A stretch of DNA of 64,000 nucleotides. Source: Podospora anserina. Taxonomy: Eukaryota. Of the stretch, positions 1 through 11,800 are shown piece by piece. The stretch's first letter is position 1. Each line of letters opens with the position of its first letter. Below the pieces are notes generated by a model. That model was not told where the DNA came from and did not search any database. It worked only from the letters and a program-made list of their open reading frames with translations. The stretch lies in contig CM030335.1 in assembly GCA_017654855.1 (NCBI GenBank), forward strand, positions 2,418,001 to 2,482,000, read 5' to 3'. The position numbers and the translations under genes were made by a program.

Positions 1-1
1 T

Positions 2-211
2 CTGAAGCACGTCCCTGATTATCTTTTGCCCAAGGAGGCAAAGAAGGAGATCACGAAGGGGTCGGTCGGGTTTGTGCCGTTTAAGAAGGTGGACAAGGAC
101 AAGAAGCACAGGGGCAAGTTTGGGGCGAAGGGGAAGGGGAGGTCGTTCAAGGTTGGTGGGGGGAGGAAGGGGGATCCGTTGAAGACGTTCAAGGTCAGGA
201 GGAAAAAGTGA
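2..211 (+). CDS. DBP9: 3' end of DEAD-box RNA helicase Dbp9 (gene begins upstream of window)
   Basis: Frame from nt 2 reads LKHVPDYLLP...GFVPF...RKGDPLKTFKVRRKK*, matching the remembered Dbp9/DDX56 C-terminus (LKHVPDYL; DPLKTF). Confidence 0.8.
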   Translation: MKHVPDYLLPKEAKKEITKGSVGFVPFKKVDKDKKHRGKFGAKGKGRSFKVGGGRKGDPLKTFKVRRKK

Positions 212-1082
212 TGAGCACGAGGACACGAGCGAGTGGGTGAGGCTGAGGGCTATGTGGTTAAAAAAGAGATGAGTTTATACCATGTGGCATTTTGTTGAGT
301 TCTGTGTATAATGGGAATTTCTCTTGTTTTCTGACAGGATCAAGACAGATCTTGTGACAGATTTCATTCGGCTTTGAGGGGTATGGTAAGTTTGGCACAG
401 AAGTCCGAGGGGCATAGAAGACGTCTGTTCTTTGAATCATTTCTTTTTGCTTGGACTTGAACTTGATACTCTTTCATCTCATGGATGGATCGGATCAAAC
501 CATCAATCACAATCTCATCTGAGTTGACTCGGGGCCAGAACAAACACATCAAACCAGATCAGAAAGTTCGCTCTCACCACTCAACACAATGCCACCATCA
601 TCAAACCAAGAATACCATGACACCCCTCAACGAGCCTACCAATCCCACTACCCCCCACTCCTCAATCCACCACCACCACCATCATTTCCAGGGTCACCCG
701 ACCCAAACCAACCACCCGCCTTCCATTGATCAACACCTCCAGAAGGGGGATGTCCCAACAACAAGGCCGACCTCGGAACACGTGAAGACGGCTTCAGTTC
801 ATTCCACAGGAGCTAACGGGTCCTCATTGATTGCCTTTTATCACAACCTCGTCATGCACTTTCTGCAAACCGTTATCCGTGTTGAGAGTCGCGGTAAGGG
901 CGGAGATGGCTTGGCCATTGATGCAAGTCGAGACAGGCTGAGAGGTAGGCTGAGTGGCGGGTGTACTGGCATTGAATTGGTACCGATGCTTGTGCCCTTT
1001 GGAGTGCCACCGAGAGGAGGATGGGTAGGTAAAGAGGTAGTGGGGGGGGGGCGCTGGTAAGACATGTAAGGGGCTCTGTAAA

Positions 1083-1345
1083 GGTTCTCTCTTGATGAAA
1101 GCCCCTCTTCACCCTTTTGAAGATTTTCTCTCCCATTCTTCTCTCCGGCAACATTTCGCCAATCCAGTCTCCATCAGCCGTGGCCACACTTCCTTCAGCT
1201 TACACCAGTCATTCGCATAGTCGGGTACAATATCCCGCCCATACCGAGCATACCTTTACTATAATAATGTACTAAAAGACCTTTAAAGAAAGTCAATAAG
1301 CCTTTGAATTATCTTTAAAGGCCTATTAACTATCGTTGAAAGTCT
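1083..1345 (-). pseudogene. Decayed coding fragment, copy A (paralogous to 27695-27935)
   Basis: Aligns by eye with 27695-27935. Minus frame reads YARYGRDIVPDYANDWCKLKEVWPRLME-(frameshift)-WIGEMLPERRMGEK. TpA-rich at 1255-1340. Confidence 0.55.
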
Positions 1346-1689
1346 GGTAGTCATCCTTCAAGGTATGGTTCGCAATAAAATATGGGCCAACAGATTTTGT
1401 GTGTGTGTTGTCAATCATTTCGGTGCAGGGTGCTCAGTGAAAAAGGGGGGAGGAAAAAAGGGAGAAGAACAGTGGGCAGGGGGCAGTGAAAGGGGATATA
1501 GATAAGAGGTTATGTTTCATCATGAATGTTTACGTCTCTTTTGCACCACCACCATCATCATCATCATCATCCCACATCTTATATACTCCGCGAAACCAAA
1601 CATGAATTGAAGCCATAAAAGAATAAGAGATATCATAATATAGGGGGTATCATCATCAACAAGTACACGCTCAATTTCACAAACCACAA

Positions 1690-1720
1690 CACCCACACCC
1701 ACACCCACACCCACACCCAC
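1690..1720. repeat. (ACACCC)n hexamer microsatellite
   Basis: Direct reading; about 5 units next to the MFS stop codon. Confidence 0.9.
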
Positions 1721-1725
1721 TCACT

Positions 1726-3479
1726 CTACGCCTCAGCCCCTCTTCTCCCCTCAACCTCATCACTCCTCACCCTCCTCAAAACCAACTTCTCCCCCCGTCC
1801 AAAGCACCCCAGACAAAGCGGCAACGGCACCGCAACCAAGGCCAAAACCGCATGAAAAACCAACGCCCTCTCCATCTTTCCTCCTTCTCCCTTCAGCGCA
1901 CCACTCACAACAATGAATATCCCCCCCAACACCTGTCCCCCGCTCCAGGCTAACGTGCTCGTAACCTCGGGACTGATCGGATGCGTCAGCTCAACCAAAA
2001 ACTCCACCACCACCGGCACGAGACTGAAGCTCGCCGCCCCCATCGCAGCCATGATCACATACGGCCCTGCCACCCCCCCGCTGTCCCTAGTCCCAGGCAT
2101 CCAGATGAAAACCAAGTAACAAAGTCCAACAATGGGGACCGCGATCCGAACGGCCAAGAGGTATGATTTATACTTGTCGATCAAAGGCGACGTGATGGCC
2201 GAAGCAACAAGGCCGACGACGATGAGCAGTGCCCCAGCAACACCGGCTTCCTCATCGTTGTAACCGTGTGGCAACAAGACTTGGTTGAGGAGAGACGAGA
2301 TACTATTGAACAAACCGACATAAATCGCAAAGGGGACGAACAAGAGATAAAATTCCGTTTGGCGAAGCAGGAACTTGGCCGACGATATCAACGACAGTTT
2401 CGGTGTCTGTGAAGAAGGTGCCACCGGTGTAGGGGGGCGGGCAGGAATAAAAAAGGCGGGGAGCGCGCAGACCGTCGACTTTGCCACCTCAGGGTTAGAG
2501 ATATAAACAGGCAAACGGCGGCGGGGGGGAGGGAGGATACAAAGGTGGAACTCACAATCACAGAAACATACAACACCATCCTCGAAACATCCCCCGGACC
2601 CTCAACCCAAAACGGAATAATCAGCTGCCCCAGCGCAGCCCCAAACGGGTTCGCAAGCGAGGTCAAGGCCGTAGCCGCCACCCGCCCCCGGTTGGTGAAC
2701 CACAAGTCCGAATACCGCGCCGGAGCCGCAAGGACAAAAGGCTGAGCAAGACCGGTAAGGATCTGGCCAAACATCACCACCCCAAACAACCCCTTTTCAC
2801 CAGAGCGACACCCCGCATAGCGGATCCAGTTGCCCACGAGAATCAAGGCCGCCGAGGTGACAATCGACGGCTTCGGCCCGAGATGCAACACATAAATCAC
2901 CAGCGGGGTGATGGCCGTAAAAGCAAACAAAAACGCCGTGCTGAGCCAGTTGATGGTGTTCTCGTCTGTGGAAAAATACCGAGCTGCGTGGCTGGCGACG
3001 GGGGAGAAGGTGAGCCACTGGTGACATGTTAGCAACCCACTCTACCCAGCTCAGGACATGCTTGGTCCAACCCAACGGCGGGATTCAATTCAAGGTCACG
3101 ACACGGTCAGATCTGGCCCCGACGAGGTAGATAGGCTTACATCCCAACTAACAATCACATTCAACAACGTCAACTGCACCAGCCCAAACCACCTCCTCCT
3201 GTAGACTTTGTACTCGACCATCTCCGCCGCGCTCACACTCGCGCCCCCCGACCCGGCATCCGCCTTTTTTGCTGTGTCCCTTGTTGTCGCGACAGTTTCG
3301 TTTAGTTCAATCTGCATCTCCTCCCCTGATGCAGCCCCTCGTCGTTCATCCCCCTCTGATAGCTTTCGCCACCCAGTCCCAGTGGTGTTCATCGCGTCGT
3401 TGTTTGGAGTCAAAACCTCTTTCTCATCCGCCGTCGATTGTGTGGTCGGCGACGTCAATCCATCCTCCTTCCTCGCCAT
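1726..3479 (-). CDS. MFS transporter, FLVCR/SLC49-like, ~517 aa; exons 3479-3141, 3017-2556, 2478-1726
   Basis: [40 protein letters not shown] motifs; many TM segments; GT-AG introns with CTAAC branch sites. Confidence 0.88.
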
Positions 3480-5652
3480 TACGAAAAAGAAGGGCACGCG
3501 CGACCCTTATATTGCCAAATGTATGGCCCAACAATAAGTTGGTAGTGTACGGTATGCAAGGCACAGCAGGATGGAAACGGCGGCCGCGGCACACGACCGT
3601 GTTCCTGCGTCTGACTGGCTGGGGTCGGTAAATTTGCGAATGTGTTTGGGCTCAGTCGCTGTTCGCGGGGTGCGTGGGGTTTCAGTCTGGTCAAAAAAAG
3701 GCGCGAGAGAGGTTGGAGAAGGAGAAGGGAAATAGATATGGATCGGAGGAGAGATGAGACGGCTGTTTTTCCCCTCCTCGACGTCGCTTCCTTGCACATG
3801 GGAAAGGTGTGCAGGTGATGAAAGGGGAGGGGGGAAACCTCTTGGCGACTAAACCAGGTTGAGCTGAGGGATTGTGTGTAAAGAAGGAAGGGTGACATTG
3901 GAGACGGGTGGGAGTGTCTAACCTTCTTTGTTCGACGTAGGAGGTCAAAGGAGGGGGATGGTCACCACCTGAGACGGGGTGATATCCTCAATAGTAACAG
4001 AAATCACGGTTTATTTATCAAGTATGTAGGTGGTTCTATAAGGGGGTGGTGATTGGCTGGGATGTTTTGTGCATGAGTGAACTGCGGGTAGTTCATGTGG
4101 TTTGTGGTACAAGTGTGTGTATGTATGGGCTTGAGATTCCACCTCCAAGATATCCATCAATGGGACTCCAAAAGCCTTCAAAATGTAAAATGTGAAACCA
4201 GGTGCCGTAGACTTTGAGAAGCTGTAAGGGGCAGAGAGGAGGCAAAGTACGCTTCATGTGGCAGTGTCCCTCTCTTGCTTCACTGCTCAGATGTTAATTA
4301 ATGATAATAGAAGTAAAGTTCTCAAATCAATTGACGAAAGCACGCAACGAGACCTTACATACAAAGTCAGTGCTGCTCACTACCATGATGAGACGAAAAG
4401 CTCTCTGATTTTAAAGCAGCTTGCTCCCTGTTCGGTCCGAGTTGAGATGAGATGGGAAAACCCCAACTGAACAGAGCGATGGCTCTCATCCCAACTCCCA
4501 GCTTTCCCAGGGTCTTGGTTAACTCACCCACTCCGCCACCGCTGCACAAACAACCTCCACGATCCCATCATGCTCACCCAAACACCGTAACCGTGCAACC
4601 ATCACCATGTCTAGCCCCCGTGTAACCACACCTGTGTAACCACAAGCAGATCATACCAACCTCGCAAAACCCCATCAGGGTAAACCCCAAAGCCGATGTA
4701 AAAGTCATGTGGTCGAATGTACATGTCCGGGACCATCTATGTCTCACTTCAAGTGATAGTGACAGCCCAGGTGCTGACTGCGTCAACAGTGGCCTCATCC
4801 ATTACTCAATTGTTCAAAGCCTTGTGGTACCAGCAAACACATGCACGTAGGTACATCCCAAAACCGTGGAGATCCCCTCATCTCATCTCACAGAGCACGT
4901 CAGATCCGGTCAACAGCACAAACCAGACAAATATGTGTGTGACACTGCATATGTTCCCTGATGGGTTTTTTTTGGTCCGGTCCTTCGGGCCATGAAAGTG
5001 GTAGTTCTCTTTTAGGTAGTCGGCATTGCTCTTCAATCGATGACGGCAGGTGTGCTCTCTGCCTGTATCCTGAACTTGGGCTGCTTGGCCAATTTTGGCT
5101 GTCGTATGCGCTATGTAAGCGGTCCAGTAAAGACCATCAACACTGCCAATACCTGCAAAAACACTCATAAAACAATCATTTGCCCCCAAAAATCTAATGC
5201 GTTTTTCGTTTTTCGTTACAAGGTGTGTGAGTCATGGTAAAGTGACAATGTCGGGAGGGAGAGAGAGAGAGAGAGAGAGTTATGATACAAACAAACACCT
5301 GGAGTAGTTTCCACCTATCCCCCCAAGGTATACACACATCATTCGATTATACAGTGAAGAGAGAGAGAGAGAGAGAGAATTCCCTCCCCTCCACCCAGCC
5401 ATTTTTTCCAGGCCCAAATTTCCCCCCTTCTCGTGCCTCCCCCCTTCCCCCCCCTTCTCCCTTCCTCTCTCTCGCATTTGTCTATCGGAACACCGTAACC
5501 CATTCTATCAAAGCCGTGCATGCAATGTGCCGAGAAAAAAAGGGCGCCCCATCCGTATCCTAAGAGTCTAGAAGAAGAAAGCCGGGTCCGTGATTGGTGG
5601 TTGGTAAACAGAGAGGGGGACCATCGAGAAGGGTTGATAAATTTGTGTGAAT

Positions 5653-6710
5653 TTATTTGAGGACGGACCAGAGCTTGGGCGCGGCGCAGGCGGTAGCGCA
5701 GTGGGCAAGGTGGAAGACTGTTTTGTGTAACCAGCCAAGTCAGTGCCGTGGACATGTAGAACTCATGGACAATCAAGACATATAACTTACACTCCTCGAC
5801 GCAGTCCTCCTTGGCGCCGCCCTCCTCGGACTGGGCAGCGGTGACACGCTCGACGCACTCGTCAAAGTGGTGCTTGGCAGGGGCGCACTCCTTGGAGTTC
5901 CGGCACTCTGTATACATCAAAAAACAACCCCCAGCGTCAGCAGTTGTTCTCACAAAAAAGCAAGGGCACAACAGCATGCCAGCAGAAGCGGCAGATGTGT
6001 CATCGAGTCGGTCGGCCACTGCGGGCCCACGCCTGCCCGCTCAGCTCGCAGAGCGACATGGCAGCACGCCACATCTCTTGCTGCTCCTCCTCGACAACCA
6101 TAGCTCGCTGCTGCTGGCGGCTCCGTGGTGTGCATGTTTGGGTGGTGGTGGTGGTGGTGGTGTGTGGTGATTTGTTGGTGACGGCATAGGCGGCGACGGC
6201 GACGGGGGTAGCAGCAGCGATGTACCCACCTTCCTCGAAAACATCCTTGGGATCTTGGAGCTCCTCCTCCTCCTCCTCCTCCTCCTCTTCCTCTTCATCC
6301 TCCTCCTCAGCAGCCTCCTCAGCGGCGGGCTCCTCCTCAGCGGCAGCAGCCTCGGCCTTGGTCTTGGTGTCCTCCTGGGTGGTCTCGGCGGTGGTCTCCT
6401 CGGTCTGTATACGTCGTCGAATTATCCCGCTAGTCAGTCAGCTGTTTCAAACAAGCAACAATAAAAATAAATATATAGCTTCCAGAGCTTTCGATCCTCT
6501 CTAGCATGACATGAAAGTGTTGTTGTCGGTCCATATCACCCGGGGTTAGCCAGCAACCCCCCGGAGGTGGTGGGCAGCCGGCAAACAGCTAACCTTCAGG
6601 GCTCAAGGAGAAAGGGCGCATACCGTTTCGTGAGCGGGAGCCTCGGCCTCGGCCACCGACCAAGGGGTGGCAGCCTCGACGAGGTCAGTGATGGTATCCC
6701 AGAAACCCAT
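5653..6710 (-). CDS. QCR6: Cytochrome bc1 complex subunit 6 (hinge protein), 147 aa; exons 6710-6624, 6404-6230, 5907-5791, 5717-5653
   Basis: Acidic Glu tract, then DPKDVFEEECRNSKECAPAKHHFDECVERV...EDCVEEFFHLAHCATACAAPKLWSVLK*. Confidence 0.95.
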
Positions 6711-6854
6711 TGTTGCAAGCCGGGGCCTTTGGTGGATAGTCAATGGCAAGAATGGGCGTGAGCAGTCAAGTGCCTCCTCCAAGGTATCGCGCGACGTTGG
6801 AAGCTCGCAAAAATCGGCCGCATCGAAAACCGGCCGGGCTTGCAATTGCGGGAT

Positions 6855-6922
6855 TTTGATTGGCCGCCCGCCCGAGGAGGAGTGACGAGCTGCACCCGAC
6901 TACTTCCGCCCGATCACGTGAA
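6855..6922 (-). promoter_or_regulatory. Putative QCR6 promoter elements: CCAAT box and CACGTG E-box
   Basis: ATTGG at 6859-6863 (CCAAT on the gene strand) and ATCACGTGA at ~6913. HAP/CCAAT control of respiratory genes is established; use of these sites is inferred. Confidence 0.35.
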
Positions 6923-7619
6923 ATGCTGAGGTAATTATTTGTGACCTTTACTGACAAGAGAGAGCACAGTAGAGAGAGGCCCTCCTGATCAGATCCATCA
7001 TCAGCAAGGCAACCAACCCATGGGAAACCTGAAGGATCTCGTAACTGTAACTGTGACTCCGTGACAGCAAAACGCACAGCCTACCTTACACAGCCCTCTC
7101 TTACCTCAATCATACCTTTGCTGTACCGAAGACTATGTACAAATACCAAACGGGAATAACCCAGTTTCTCTCCCAAGTCACACGACGCAATCTCCAAGCG
7201 AGTAAGCCGCAGGTTTCCCGGATCTCTGAGATGATTGGGAAAAGCAATGTTTTCTTCTTCCGACTCCAGCTTACATACCAAATCCTCCACGTCCCCCCTC
7301 CATCCACCAGAGGCCTCTTTGTTTTAGGGGAAAAGTAAAGTAGATGCAAAAATCATCAAACTAAAAAAGACACAAAGACAGGAAAACACGCCCAACGCAA
7401 TGCAGATAAAAGAAAACCTTCCGTGTTGTTTCTGTTCCACACTCCTATACCCACTCACTCCCCCAATCATCAAGCACCAAAACAAAGCAATCACACATTA
7501 GAATAAAAACCCTACAAGACCACAAAAGAATCTGAGTATCCGTAAACTGTTGTTATCAAGAAAGGTTGAAGAGGGATTGCGTTATTCAGCAGGGCTTGAC
7601 CAAAAAAAAAAGACGCAGG

Positions 7620-7752
7620 TGAAGAAGAACAAGAAGAAGAACAAGAAGAAGAACAAGAAGAAGAACAAGAAGAAGAACAAGAAGAAGAACAAGAAGAAGA
7701 ACAAGAAGAAGAACAAGAAGAAGAACAAGAAGAAGAAATACAAGAAGAAAAA
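7620..7752. repeat. Tandem 12-mer (AAGAAGAAGAAC)n, about 10 units
   Basis: Direct reading; lies just past the stop codon of the WBP2-like gene. Confidence 0.92.
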
Positions 7753-7809
7753 AGAAAGCATGAATGCGGTCCAAAGAAGCTGTCCCTTTGCTACTCCCCA
7801 GCTCGAAAT

Positions 7810-8832
7810 TCATTGCCGCTCTGCATCCTGCCTCACTCTCTCCTCGTACTGCGTCGAAATAGCCTGAGTCTGCGCCTCGACATAGTCCGGGGGCGGCTCG
7901 TCGGGAACGGGTGGAGGCGGCTGAGGCTGATCAGAAGTGCCGGCCGGGGCACTGCCGGCCGGGCCGGAGGAAGTTCCGGGCGCGTTGTCCTCGTAGGGCG
8001 GAGGAGGCTCCAAGTTCGAACCGGGGTTCAGCCCCATTTCCCGGGCATGGTGAAGACGTTCCTTGAGCCACTCGTACTTGTTCTGGAAGTCGCTGTGACC
8101 CCCATCCCTGAAGACAAACTTGACCTCGATCCGGGGGATGTGCATGGGGATGCCGCCGCCGGGGACAGGCCTGACGGTGCCACCCCAGCTCCAGGGGCCA
8201 ATCCATGACGACTGTACATGGGTGTCGGTAAAGTTCAAGGCGGGCGCAAAGAACGACTTGAAATTCTCGCTAGGTCTAATAGGGAGATATATCACCTGTG
8301 AGAGGGGGGACCGGTGAGCTCTGAGCAACTTCCTAACAAGGAGAGGGGGCGGTGGGATGGATGGTCTTACCCGCTCGTTGGTAATGTAGGCAATGCCATT
8401 ATCGACTTTGAGAGTGTATGGGTTGGCGATATTGAGCTCTTTCGGCGTCGTGATCTCCAGCGAGACTCGTGGCCGTGAGGTGTGCAGGATTTTCTCCCCG
8501 GGGATAGGCACAATCTCGCCGTCACGGGTCAGCATGACCCAGCTGTCCTCATCGTTAGACCGAGAATATCGCAAGATGGTCCATTGATGCTGCTCGGCCA
8601 AGGCCTGATCCATTAGGCGAGAAGAAAAGAATGTGTATTGGATGTGGGGTTGGCGAGGAACAGGCTTAGAACTGTCCACGACAGATGGGAAGGAGACGGC
8701 AGCGGTGTCATGGATGGGTGAGAGGGAGGTGGTAAGGGGGCGCGGCAGGGGGGGAAGGTGGGTGAAGAGTAGAAGACATGAGGAGGGCTTGATTCGGGTC
8801 AGAAGGGCAAAGCACACTTACTTTATTGACAT
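7810..8832 (-). CDS. WW-domain-binding protein (WBP2/GRAM-like N-terminus with PPxY motifs), 222 aa; exons 8832-8822, 8542-8371, 8295-7810
   Basis: Spliced start MSINWVML; G.AYITNERVIYLP, FKSF.AP, F.DGG..DF; C-terminal PPPY and PPDY motifs. Confidence 0.85.
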
Positions 8833-11800
8833 GATGAGGAGGCGGGTGTGGTTAGTCGCCTGCAGATGGCCCGCTACCCGCAGAGATGGTGGTCTTGGGT
8901 GCGTCCCACACCAGGTCCAAGGTAGGGGGGGGCAGAGAGCTCGATGGGGCTCGGTCTCGATTCGTTGCTTTGGGTCGCTAGCAGGCAGCAGGGTTTACAC
9001 AGTTAATGGTAACTAGCGGCTTCGATCTGGTAAGCTACCTATATGGATGGTGTCAAAGAATATTACTGTACGGCTGCCGTGGTATTTTTGAGTGGACCGG
9101 GCCCAGCCTGTTGTAGGTGCTGCTAGCCTATGCTTTCTTTCCTCGACTTGATGCTGCGATGCACCTCGGCAAGCCAACCTGGCAGATGGATGGGTGGATG
9201 GTGGATGGGTGTATGTAGGTGGGTGGTCAAGGTGAGGTGAGCTGTCGCCAGACGGGAAGACGGGAGAGGTCAGAGGCAGTCAGTCGGCCCAGTGATGGCA
9301 AAAATGCTGCCAGATCAGATCGGCTTCAGGAGGCGGGAGCTAAAAGAGGTAGGGGGCGGTGTTTGATAAATCTTCCCGAGAAGGCGGATGGCGATGATAC
9401 AACGGAGCTTTCCTACACAACTACCTACAATACCTGGTAGTAGTAGGGTCTCATGTGAGACGCGGCATGGAAAAGACAAAAACCGTCCGCCCGCTGGGTA
9501 CACTACACTAGAACCCCGCGCTGGCCAATGCGGCGGGAACCAGTGGGACCTCTCACCTTCAGCCTGACCGCAACAAAACCGATGATACAATACCTACAGT
9601 ACACCACAGCACTACAGCCATTTATCAACCTGTCAGAGGCCCGGCTGGAATCTCACGATTTCGTTTCAGGCTCAAGCCATTAGGTCCGTCTCTGATTTGA
9701 CAATCGGTGATAAAAATGGAAGGAAGGCGGGATATAGTCAACCTTGCATTGCCCACGTCATTCTCTCAACCCACCTTCCCATCACCACGGGCACCTACCC
9801 TACCCACACTGGAGGCAGGGGCATTCCATCCAGGCTGCTGGTCTGATATCTACCTACGGTATCTGCCTTAGAATAGGCAATGCTCTCTTTGGTCAGACCA
9901 ATCTCAGACCTGCAAGTTCATGCTTTTTTCTCGTCGCACGATGGCCACGAACCCAAGCAAGAACGCCATCTGCCGGCCAGCGAACTACTACTACACTACT
10001 ACCTGCCCATCTACGTATGTACGGACAGCCGGCGACGCGCGACGTGCAGGTCAACTCCCCTCTTTGGGGGTCCCAGCTAATTTCCAGCTAATAGAGTACC
10101 GGCTGCTAGGGACAGGAGAAGCAAGTCAGACTGGAGGTGCCCTGCTCATGCTCCCCGCGCTCGACGACACTTCGCCCGTCGTTATTCGTACACGCCGCCT
10201 CTCTGCTGTTGGAATGTAACCTCACTCCCAGTCGTCCCCCTGCTTATCGTCAATTGAGTTTCGTAATGGAGCCTCCATCATCTCTCCCGTTTCCCGTTAT
10301 GTCCTCGGCGACCGTTGGGAATCCACTGCTGTTTGAGCCTCTTGTCGTTTCTTTCTCCAGGCAGTGGTCAAGTGGTCAGTTCGACAGCTACTACATACAA
10401 TCCAGGGCCAAGCCCCAAGAAGAGAGGTGGTGGTCGTCCAAAAATACTGTACCGAAACAGATCTCTGATAGAGCTGCACAGGTACCCCTGTCCCTGGCTG
10501 CCGGGACGCCCACACGGGCCAGCCTCTCGGTGCGCCGCGGGGGTGACGGGAATGGTGGGCACCCCCTTTCCGTCTTGTCCCATATCTGGACCAGAACCCC
10601 CAATCTGCAAGTCCGCGGGAGGGGAGCCACTTGTCAATGCTCTGCTCTGCTGTGACCTCTGCACCCTCTCGTCAAATATCCAGCGTCGCTGCCCCCGGCT
10701 GTTCTGTTGTCCCGGTACGGAGTACATTCTGCAGTACGGAGTACATACCATGCCACCGCCAAGGGCAGACCTGGCAGACCTTGCGTTAGGGCTAACATTG
10801 CCAAGTAAGTACCAACTAGCTGGGCTCGCTGGTGTCCCTGCTTGCCTCGCCTTGCCACCTATCAAGACTGCGGATCTCTCACCGAGTATCAGGGGCCGCA
10901 GGGCGCTTTCCCGAAGGGCCCGGCCTTCTCCAACCCAATGGAAGGCTCACCGCCCGAATCACCAGCCAGTGAAACGGTTGCCATGAGGCCCGCAAGGGGC
11001 CAGCTCCGACGACGACGTCGGTACCTTTGGTGGGGCTCTCCAGGGCGTTTCCCGAGACCTCATTCTTCATCATTCATGCCGACTGCCTGCCTGCCCATTG
11101 AAGCATGACGTCTTTTTGTCTTCCAACCGGGGACCCGTCCGGTCTCGCCCACCGCCGTTACAACAACTGAGCATAGCTCGGACCAATAGATACCTAGTCT
11201 GGGGCCCTTGGCCCGGGTCAATGAACTACCGCGGTTCTAACACCGTGCCACTTGCACACACGTACAGGTTTTCTCTCCTCTTCTCCTGCAGCAGGACGAC
11301 AGCAGGCTTCCGGCCGATCATGTTCTTCTTTCCACGCTTTTGACGACAATGTGTGTTGAGGTGTCTGGAGATCTCAGCCCTGCTGTCAGTGATCGTCTTA
11401 GGGTCCAAGATGCAAAACTTTCTAGTGCTTCTCCGGGCATGATTTTGTCATTGCTTTTCTTTTTCGTACCAGACTCGAGCCACTTTTATCCCCGGGTACA
11501 GCTAGAAGATGCAATCAGCCGGCGCCTCATGCCGCATCGCTCGACGACACACCTCATCACTGCTCATCCGCCTCGCAAGCTCGGCCTCTCCAGTCTGACA
11601 TGGTTCCTGAGATATGCGCAGGATCACCCAACCTGCATCCTCTGTACTCCAATGATGGCCGCCAGCGCGACGTCTCCGTGCCCTAGACGCTGTTCGTCAG
11701 GTTTTCCACATCCTCATCATATTCAGGGGAGACCCGCTGCCAAGCTCATGCACCAACGTCTTCCTACCGCTTTTGCGAGAACCTGCCTCGGTGCTTCGAG

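Noticed and set aside
485..1060. 191-aa plus-strand ORF
   Set aside because: Low complexity with no motifs; more likely spurious or antisense to decayed sequence adjoining the 1083-1345 relic.
7550..7867. Lys/Asn-rich or Leu/Val-rich ORFs; likewise poly-F/poly-K ORFs at 39061-39434 and 45204-45623 and the poly-His ORF at 36289
   Set aside because: Translations of microsatellites or T-tracts, not genes.
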